From: Octopus sinensis
Lineage: Eukaryota
Length of the DNA: 45,487 nt
Direction of reading: 5' to 3'
Assembly (NCBI RefSeq): GCF_006345805.1
Contig: NW_021835201.1
Location: 1-45,487 of the forward strand
This document shows, one piece after another, positions 36,323 through 45,487 of the stretch. The notes beneath the pieces are model-generated. The model worked only from the letters and a program-made list of their open reading frames with translations. It searched no databases and was not told the origin of the DNA. The stretch's first letter is position 1. Every line of letters starts with the position of its first letter. The translations under genes and the position numbers were made by a program.

Positions 36323-37157
36323 TAGACTATCGAAATCATTACCCTCACCATCCCTATTAAATGTTAGTATGACTTCAAGATATGTCGATAGTTTGGTTTT
36401 ACTTTACATGTAAGTAACTATGAATAGAACAAGGAAGATATGGATTTCATCATATAATCGTACAGGAAACGATATGACAAATCTGGTCCCGTAGTCCTTG
36501 ATTATAGTAATTTTCCGTTAGCAAGCCCCAGATAACTAAAAGTCACCTTCTACCGTAGAGATTACCTACTTACTTGGAATTCAAATGTATTAGCTTGGGT
36601 CGTTTCCCTTCCATGCAAGTGTACACTGATCACGGCTTATATATATATATATACGTGTGTTCACACACACGTGCGCACGCACACACACACACACAAACAC
36701 ACACACGCGCACATACACAATATATTGTTTTACCTCTTATTTCTAGCAATACTGGTGTTAACTAGTGCCCTTAGTCACTCTAGTGACATACATTTCTGCC
36801 TTTCGGTTGTAAAATTGCGACCAAGCCTCTCTTGTTTATAATTTTCACTTTTACCGTTTATGAAATCCGCGTATAATTTATACGATAATCTTATAAATTC
36901 ACAAGGCGAGTTGAGTTTAATCCAGGCGCTAGGTAAGTGTCACTGACAAGCATTAATATAAATACGAAATCACTGTGATCTGGCTGTGTATTAGCACTGA
37001 GGCAGCTTGCCTCTCTTGTCAGTGCTTCTTGTGGCTATGAGTTGTTTTCATTCTTATTTCTAGCAATATTGGTCACTTCAGTGACATATATTTTTGCCGT
37101 TGTAAAATTGCTAAGAAGCCACCATTATTATTTATATATATTATGTGTATATACATA

Positions 37158-37387
37158 TTTCTTTACTACCCACAAGGGGCTAAACACAGAGGGAATAAAC
37201 AAGGACAAACAAACGGATTAAGTCGATTATATCGACCCCAGTGCGTAACTGGTACTTATTTAATCGACCCCGAAAGGATGAAAGGCAAAGTCGACCTCGG
37301 CGGAATTTGAACTCAGAACGCAACGGCAGACGAAATACGGCTACGCATTTCGCCCGGCGTGCTAACGTTTCTGCCAGCTCGCCGCCT
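37158..37387 (-). mobile_element. SINE family A monomer, well conserved
   Basis: TTTCTTTACTACCCACAAGGGGCTAAACACAGAG..GAAAGGCAAAGTCGACCTCGGCGGAATTTGAACTCAGAACG..GCCAGCTCGCCGCCT. Confidence 0.92.
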
Positions 37388-38248
37388 ATATATTATATGT
37401 ATATACATGTATGTGGTGTTGTTTTCCGTTTTCAACTGTTGAACTTGAAGTATATAAAGTTATGAAATAATAGCATGTACATATCGGGCTAAAACCCACT
37501 TTGGATAGAAACATTTGATGATTATCCTTGGACTCGAACCCGCATATTCCGTAAACATGACGGACATTATACCATTGGACGAAGGCAATTCTTCGAATTT
37601 CTTTATTCGTTTTAGAAAGTTTAGAAACTATTATTTGGTGTTTTGTGTACTTTGTATTCAACCATTAAAAAAACAAAAACGAATTGTTTCATACGCACAC
37701 ACACACACACATATGTTTGTAATGTATGTACGTGTTTGTGTGTATTCAAATTCTGGGCTGCTGAGGTTATTTTAGCTGTTTGACATTCGAGAATAATGAC
37801 GGTCACGGCAACCAAGCTATCTAAATTTTCCTGCAAGAGAGACATCGTGTTGTAATGTAAAGTAAGGCATATGTATTGTGGCTTATAATAGTACTAACCG
37901 TTATTCAGGTTATTGCGTAATAAAAAACGGAAGAATTGATGCATGTCGTAGAGTTTATGAATTAAATGCAATTATAACCTTCACATTATGATTACATAAC
38001 AGGAAAATAAAAGTTGTAATAGGCGAAAAAAATTGACAGCTATCAAATGAAGGGTTATATTTAATTAAACTATTTTTTGTGCTCATTGTATTAGATATGT
38101 CGATATAAACTTAGTTATTGTTTCTCACCCAGATTGCGTCCCCGAGTAATACTCTTGAGTGATTTATTTTTCTGCAGTCCATGCTTACTTGGTTACAATA
38201 TTGGAATTCGCTGATCATCACATAGGCAAATAAATTAAGGTTGTGTCA

Positions 38249-38279
38249 CTGAGAAGGTATCATAAGCCTGAAACGCGTC
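38249..38279 (+). ncRNA. Degenerate hammerhead motif (one core nucleotide deleted)
   Basis: CTGA-GA - AGG/TATCATAAG/CCT - GAAACGCGTC, with a palindromic ACGCGT stem III and GUC triplet; stem I is not evident. Confidence 0.4.
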
Positions 38280-38465
38280 ATTAAATATCTTCTGTGTTCG
38301 TGAAAATTATTAAAATAGCATTACTCATACTCATTGAATTAATATTGTTTTTCCCCCCTAATACATTATTTCTGATTAGTTTGTTGATGCTTGGTGGATT
38401 AAATATGCAAAATAACTAACAACCAAGTTAAAACTTCAAGTGATGGTCCATGTATTATTTTTTAA

Positions 38466-38667
38466 TTTTTGGCTCTGGGCCAGCAATTTTGGGAAGTAGT
38501 TAGTTGATTACATCAACCCTAGTACTTGACTGGTACTTATTTTATCCGACTTGAGAGGATGAAAGTCGAAATCAACCTCGGCGGAATTTGAACTCAACAC
38601 AGAGATTGACAAAGTGCTGCTAGACATTCTGTCCGGCGCCCCAATGATTCTGCGCGCACGCCATCTT
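38466..38667 (-). mobile_element. SINE family A, old diverged copy
   Basis: GACTGGTACTTATTTTAT..GAGGATGAAAG..AACCTCGGCGGAATTTGAACTCA. Confidence 0.78.
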
Positions 38668-40188
38668 CGATGATCCATACATTAAGAGCATACTGTAGTG
38701 ATGTGTACACATGTTATTGGTGATGAAAGAATTTAACAAGCTGTGAATAAGTACACCCGTGATGGACAGCTTATCGGCGTAATAATGTCAGGCACTATAC
38801 AATAGACAAGTACTTACAGCTTCCCAAGCGGATACAGCGCGCAGAGAAATAAGCTCCACTTAGTAGGCTCGGCTTACATATGTGAAATAAAGGTGAGGTT
38901 TTCAGTAATTCAAGCATGTAATTTTTATAATGTATCCTTTGTATGTATAATACAATGTATCTGTATGCGTGTACCAGTGTATATGCTAAAAATGCTGAAA
39001 AACAAAATTACTTCAAGTAAACTTCTTCATGCAAGCATGAACAAAAATTGGCACGATATAAAGTGCTATTGTCCACACGTATGTCTGAGAAATGCCCTTC
39101 GATTTATATGATTGGCGTCTAGAGGTAGTCAGAAGTGAATGACACGTGCAAATGTTACGAGCTGTTTACGACAAAACCCCCTCTAATATATGCTGTTCTC
39201 GCAAACCTGTTGAGATAAGGAATCCCTCAAACACCAACCGAATTAAATAGAGTGTGTAGTCAAGAGAACAGGAGAATGCAAACGATATTTATGAGTAAAC
39301 AGTGAAGAGCCTAATAATATATTAACACCAGTGAGGTGGAAAGCGGACAGGTCACATATTTAAGCGAAAGAAGGGCACGCCTTAGTTATATATTAAAAGA
39401 ACGTTTCTTTCCCCTTCTGTTTTCTTTTTTTTTTTGGTTTTAATAATTTTTTTTTTTACATAATTACTGTAATTTTTTCTGTGTTGTTGAAATCTACCCC
39501 AGTTTGCTATTCATAAAATATTTTATTGCCGGTTTCAATTCCTTCCTTGTTTCAAATTTTGTCGTCGAGGTGAGATAAGAAATGGTGATACCGTACATTC
39601 CTCAAAAGATTGAAAGGTTTATAACTGAGGAGACCTAGCTTACCCAATTTCTATAATGGCTTCAGTAATCTGGGCCTCGAACTAGTTTCTCACACTTCCC
39701 GTGAGAATTGCCGATCTCAGATAAAAAGGCGAAACCTTATTTTCCAGTCTACTGTTCAGTAATTTCTAATCCGTTCTCTACTACTACTGAAAGGTAATAA
39801 TAGCAACAGAGATATGGTACAAAGACATACTTCTTTAGGCGAAAAGCTGACAATTAAACTAATACTGTCAAGTATTTTAATTTGCTTATTTCATACGCAC
39901 AGGTATAGGAGCAAGGATCAAATAGCCGTAAACTAGGAAATTTCACTTACAAGACATTGCTTAACTCAAGGATATAACAGGTTACATCTGGGCAAGTACT
40001 ACGCGCTAAAATTGAAATGGAAGCCACCTGGTATAAAGTGAACTCCTCAACCAAAGGGTTACGTCTGTGTCTCTCTTCTTTCTCTTTCGCTCTCTCTCTC
40101 TCTTTTTCTGCCACTACACTAACACACACACACAGAGGCAGATTGACAGAAAGATATATAGATCGGATCGTAGCCAGATAGACAGTTT

Positions 40189-40232
<44 letters not shown>

Positions 40233-40455
40233 TACAAGCTAACAAGCAGAGAGACAGACTGAATTACATTGACGTGCGTGTGTAACATTGCCAGGATATT
40301 CCTGCTAATTTCGCGTACCAGTTTTACTAAAACCTTGCAATCAATTTTGTGTGTGCATATATATGCGTGTGTACATTTAGATATATAGATATGTTTGTAT
40401 ATAAATTCTTTAATGCTGTATTTACTATGTAGCCATAATATGTGCTATGCAGATC

Positions 40456-40456
<1 letters not shown>

Positions 40457-40511
<55 letters not shown>

Positions 40512-41171
40512 TTACCAATCTATCTGTTTGTCTATCTATCTATCTAGCTAGCTAGCTAGCTACATAGTTGTCGGTCTGCCTATTTATCTACCTATCTGTC
40601 TTTCTGTGTGTGCTTGTGAGTTTGCGTGTCTCTCGCTATCTCTCTCTCTAGGTATATGGACATGTATATATGCTAGTGTGTGTGTTGTGTGTGTGTGTGT
40701 GTGTGCGTATGTGTGTGTGTGTGTGTGCTTTTTATTCTATATATCTCGATGCGTCAGTCTCCCTTCGCTTTCACAACATTATCTGGTGACATTTACTTCA
40801 ACAGATGTAAAATAACTTGGCAGAAACTAAATCTTTACTTTGTGTCTAAATTACATAATAATATATGTTTAAATAAAGAAATTTTCCTTTCGTACGTTAG
40901 CTTCAATTCTTCTTTCAGAATGAATATTCTCATGCTTATTTTTTTATTCTCTGTCTTACATTGATGCATGTAAACTGATCATTTCAATCCGAGTGTCTCC
41001 ATCTTTTCTGCCCCTTTAAGCCATTCCGTAGATTGACATCGTTATGCCTCCACATGAAAAAAGGATAAAAAACAAATAACAGAAACATTACCATGACACA
41101 AATTTCTTGCATCAAACTGGGTATCTTTCATTGAAATTATAACGTCTGATGATCCCCACCTCTCTCTCTTG

Positions 41172-41207
<36 letters not shown>

Positions 41208-41442
41208 ATATCTATATATCTAATATCTATCTATCCTATCTATCTATCTATCTATCTATCTATTACTATCTATCTATCTATCTCCCTATCTCTCTCTCTC
41301 TCCTATCTATCTATCTAGCTAGCTAGCTAGCTACATAGTTGTCGGTCTGCCTATTTATCTACCTATCTGTTTTCTGTGTGTGCTTGTGAGTTTGCGTGTC
41401 TCTCGCTATCTCTCTCTCTAGGTATATGGACATGTATATATG

Positions 41443-41485
<43 letters not shown>

Positions 41486-41954
41486 ATGTGTGTGTGTGTG
41501 TGTGCTTTTTATTCTATATATCTCGATGCGTCAGTCTCCCTTCGCTTTCACAACATTATCTGGTGACATTTACTTCCAACAGATGTAAAATAACTTGGCA
41601 GAAACTAAATCTTTACTTTGTGTCTAAATTTACATAATAATATATGTTTAAATAAAGAAATATTTTCCTTTCGTACGTTAGCTTCACATTCTTCTTTCAG
41701 AATGAATATTTCTCATGCTTTATTTTTTATTCTCTGTCTTACATTGAATGCATGTAAACTGATCATTTCAATCCGAGTGTCTCCATCTTTTCTGCCCCTT
41801 TAAGCCATCCGTAGATTGACATCGTTATGCCTCCACATGAAAAAGGATAACAAAACAAATAACAGAAACATTACCATGACACAAATTTCTTGCATCAAAC
41901 TGGGTATCTTTCATTGAAATTATAACGTCTGATGATCCCCACCTCTCTCTCTTG

Positions 41955-41990
<36 letters not shown>

Positions 41991-42004
41991 ATATCTATAT
42001 ATCA

Positions 42005-42085
<81 letters not shown>

Positions 42086-42253
42086 TTACCAATCTATCTG
42101 TTTGTCTATCTATCTATCTAGCTAGCTAGCTAGCTAGCTACATAGTTTCGGTCTGCCTATTATCTACCTATCTGTCTTTCTTTCTGTGTGTGCTTGTGAG
42201 TTTGCGTGTCTCCTCGCTATCTCTCTCTCTAGGTATATGGACATGTATATATG

Positions 42254-42288
<35 letters not shown>

Positions 42289-42755
42289 ATGTGTGGGTGT
42301 GTGTGTGCTTTTTTTTTCTATATATCTCGATGCGTCAGTCTCCCTTCGCTTTCACAACATTATCTGGTGACATTTACTTCCACAGATGTAAAATAACTTG
42401 GCAGAAACTAAATCTTTACTTTGTGTCTAAATTACATAATCATATATGTTTAATAAAGAAATATTTTCCTTCGTACGTTAGCTTCACATTCTTCTTTCAG
42501 AATGAATATTTCTCATGCTTTATTTTTTATTCTCTGTCTTACATTGAATGCATGTAAACTGATCATTTCAATCCGAGTGTCTCCATCTTTTCTGCCCCTT
42601 TAAGCCATCCGTAGATTGACATCGTTATGCCTCCACATAAAAAAGGATAACAAAACAAATAACAGAAACATTACCATGACACAAATTTCTTGCATCAAAC
42701 TGGGTATCTTTCATTGAAATTATAACGTCTGATTGATCCCCACCTCTCTCTCTTG

Positions 42756-42828
<73 letters not shown>
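40457..42828. repeat. Tandem array of three units (716, 783, 801 bp) delimited by (TATC)n tracts, plus a fourth tract
   Basis: Units 40457-41172, 41173-41955 and 41956-42756 share a near-identical body of about 620 bp (GCTAGCTACATAGTT..CCCCACCTCTCTCTCTTGT). They differ mainly by 1-bp indels and microsatellite length. Confidence 0.95.
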
Positions 42829-43868
42829 GCGTCCGTCATCTACTACCGCCTGACCGTCGTACCTTGTCCCGACCCTACCATCACCAAACTACAACGCATT
42901 CTCTTTCGCTTCTTGTGGAAAGGATGCGTCCCGATGGTCAGGCGATCCATTTGCTGTCAACACCCGTTAAAAGAGGGCTGGGCATCCGTGGTTGATGATG
43001 CGCAGACACGCGCTGAGACTGCGACATCTCTGGCTCTATGTAGACGACGGTGAACAGGCGTGGTCGCCGTTTGTGAGGCACGCTTTCCCGCAGCTCGTCT
43101 CCATGACCGAACTGCAGTCGTGGATCAAAAAGAGGCCGAAGAAGGGCGAATGGCATCGCGAGTGTCGCGCTGCTCTCAAGCAACTCTGCCGTCCTGGGTC
43201 GACCTTGAGTGACTTCAACACAACCAAAGCATTCTATAGGGGTTTAGTGGAGGGGAGGTACGACGACGAGCTCGGGGCAACCTGGACGTCGACGAGGAGA
43301 CCTCACCCCCACCCGCCTGTTCAGGACGACTTTCGGGCCAGGCCCATGGACAACTTCCAGAGATCCTGGCCTGGCAGTGCTACCGAGAAGCGCTACCCGT
43401 TCGGGAAAAGCTCTACAGACACGGCTCGAGAAACACGGGGCCGACCTGCCCGAGATGCGGTCAGAGCGACGAAACCGTTCTGCACGCACTCGTGCAGTGT
43501 CCAAACCTTTCCGACCTGTGGGCTTATGTCGAACAACTGCTGTCACGTGTGGCCGAGTTCGGTTTTTCAGCTGAGTCTATCGTTAATATTGTCACGCCTC
43601 CCTCCTTCAAACGGAAGGAAGAGCTATTTTCATCATCCTTGTGGCTATGGCGAAGAATGTATCTGGTGGACGCGTCTGAAAGGATTGGAGACAAACATTT
43701 CCTCCTCTCTGGTCAATCTCTCATCAACTCTTCAAGTACCACTTGAAAAGGAAAGTGGAGAGTAGAGAGGCAAGTTTTGTCTAGCGAAATGTTTTAAAAA
43801 AAGATGGGTGAATGTAGCAAGAGATGACACGTATGAATGACGAAGCCACCTTGAGCATGATCCTATGA
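42829..43868 (+). pseudogene. Tx1/L1-like ORF2 C-terminal region with CCHC zinc knuckle (zf-RVT-type), frameshifted in this sequence
   Basis: ASVIYYRLTVVPCP..LQRILFRFLWKG....VRRSICCQHP.K.GLG, WSPFVR, and TCPRCGQSDETVLHALVQCP (C-x2-C-x8-H-x4-C, about 43444-43503). The frame ends EATLSMIL-stop at 43866-43868. Confidence 0.88.
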
Positions 43869-44258
43869 ACCCAGAAATTGAAAACAGAGAGTTGCTTATT
43901 TGCAAAAAAAAAAAAAACAGAAATATAACATGTGACTCCTTGACCGAGGTTACCGTGGTCTTTTCCGTAGGCTTTTCTTTCACGGGTAAACCTCACCTGT
44001 CCTCCCCTTTACACTTCATATTGACATTTCTGTGATAACGATCCCTATTGATCAATTTTTTTTTTTTTCTTCTTCCTCTCCCCCTTTTTTAACCCCCTTT
44101 TTTGTCCTCTTTCTCTCCTTTTACGATCCCTTTTGATCGAAACTCCCCTTCCTATTTTTTCTTTTTTTTTTTTTTTTTTTTAAAAACCTTCAAAAGAAAA
44201 GCTCTACCTGTATTTTGTTCTATCTGTGTTGCAGCCCTGTGTGGCTAATAAAGAAACA
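42829..44258 (+). mobile_element. 5'-truncated Tx1/L1-clade non-LTR retrotransposon embedded in (TATC)n
   Basis: ORF2 C-terminal part, then a T-rich 3' UTR and AATAAA at 44247-44252. Pure TATC repeats abut both junctions. Confidence 0.9.
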
Positions 44259-44349
44259 TATCTATCTATCTATATATCTATCTATCATCTATCTATATCT
44301 CTATCTATATATCTATCTATCTATCTATCTATATATCTATCTATCTATA

Positions 44350-44402
<53 letters not shown>

Positions 44403-44407
44403 CCCTA

Positions 44408-44444
<37 letters not shown>
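44259..44444. repeat. (TATC)n/(TC)n tract continuing after the Tx1 insertion
   Basis: Contains the CTCCCTATCTCTCTCTC variant also present in the 41173-41330 tract. Confidence 0.9.
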
Positions 44445-44448
44445 GTTT

Positions 44449-44812
44449 GGATCTTTACCTTTTGGTCAACTAATTTAAAAAATATATTTTTGTAACTAAA
44501 CACTTTCAAACTTCGTATACTTTACAATGTGTCACATAAAACATCTTTTACTCTTGGCGTTGTTGAGAAAAGTTTGTATTTTGGAAGATATTTTTTGTTA
44601 AAGTTGTCGTATTTCGGTAATTTCAACCAATCAATGACGTGTATTCAGCTGAATAAAATTACAGCCGTTATTTGTCAACAACAACTATCGGCGGTGTATC
44701 GGCCCAGAGTAAGAGATGTTTTATGTGACACATTCTACCAGTGTACGAAGTTTTAAAGTGTTTAGTCACAAAAAATAATTTTTTTAATCTGTCGGTCAAA
44801 AAGTAAAGATCC
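44449..44812. mobile_element. MITE with about 105-bp imperfect TIRs, GG termini and exact 8-bp TSD
   Basis: GGATCTTTAC.TTT.G....AC...TT.AAAAA...TTTTTGT.ACTAAACACTTT.AAACTTCGTA.ACT....AATGTGTCACATAAAACATCT at both ends in inverted orientation; TSD CTATGTTT at 44441-44448 and 44813-44820. Confidence 0.9.
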
Positions 44813-44934
44813 CTATGTTTCTCTGAATGGCTTACAACTATACAAGCTAAGTGATTGTGTGTGTGTGCGCGCGATTTCGAATCCTATGGTCTCTGTTTCT
44901 CTCCGTTCTGCAAGATTTGAACACTATCCGCGGT

Positions 44935-45295
44935 CCATAAGTACCACCGGAACGCTTTTGGTGCCAGGATGCTTTGCAGGATCATGGGCTACCATCGGTC
45001 CGATGTAGTATCCAACCAACAACTAAATTAGAAACTATACAATGCGTCCTGTTACTTGCATGATTCGGGAGCGTCAACATTGGTCATGTTCATGGATTTT
45101 CCGAATTGGCGCCTGCGTACTGTGTTTACTTTGAGGATCTGGGCTGGTTGACGGTTCATGATGGTCTGGCACAGATGAGGAAGTACATCAGGGTGCTGGG
45201 AGCTGGCTAGGACACTGCCCAGGATGACCAAAGCAGATACCGAGAAATGGTGGACACAGCGACGCTCTACAACGGCGCATGCCTCCATTCTAGAT
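44935..45295 (+). pseudogene. LINE (RTE/L2-like) RT extreme C-terminal remnant
   Basis: Fragments AFGARMLCRIMGYHRSDVVSNQQL, RPVTCMIRERQ and RYREMVDTATLYNGAC match the AF....LR.IMGY.W.D.VSN..L....I.R.RQL...VD.AT pattern of LINE 3' ends. Confidence 0.72.
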
Positions 45296-45297
45296 CT

Positions 45298-45333
<36 letters not shown>

Positions 45334-45487
45334 TGTTTGTTTTATTCTTTTACTCGTTACAGTCGCTATATTGCAATCATGCTAGAGCAAATCGATTCCC
45401 AGTATGTGTGTCTTAAAGTCTTTAACTTATTTTATCGATTTCTCTGCTGAACGATAAGTACTCGAGCGAGTTGCGGGACAAACACAT

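Noticed and set aside
42992-43765. 257-aa ORF as an independent novel protein
   Set aside because: It is a frameshift-scrambled portion of the Tx1-like ORF2; its second half is out of frame with the zinc-knuckle reading frame.

Overview
Eukaryotic, AT-rich, repeat-saturated genomic DNA with no intact protein-coding gene that I can support; it is probably intergenic or deep intronic. The three tRNA-headed SINE families and the very high (TA)n/(CA)n/(TATC)n density match my recollection of Octopus (cephalopod) genomes. That assignment is pattern recognition, not a database result. Most ORFs in the supplied track are microsatellite read-through artefacts. Supported content: (1) a decayed piggyBac (PGBD4-like) transposon at about 3.07-5.11 kb; (2) RTE-type LINE reverse-transcriptase remnants; (3) a Penelope-like (PLE) RT remnant and a scattered set of type-I hammerhead-ribozyme-like folds, several in short modules at microsatellites; (4) more than 25 SINE copies, including multimers, inverted pairs and a three-level nest; (5) four MITE-like elements, two with 8-bp TSDs; (6) a perfect 79-bp-arm palindrome at 24.0-24.2 kb; (7) a tandem array of three 716-801 bp units bounded by (TATC)n tracts, whose last tract contains a 5'-truncated, young-looking Tx1/L1-clade LINE. 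The most interesting signals are the hammerhead modules, the (TATC)n-embedded Tx1 element with its tandem array, and the perfect palindrome.
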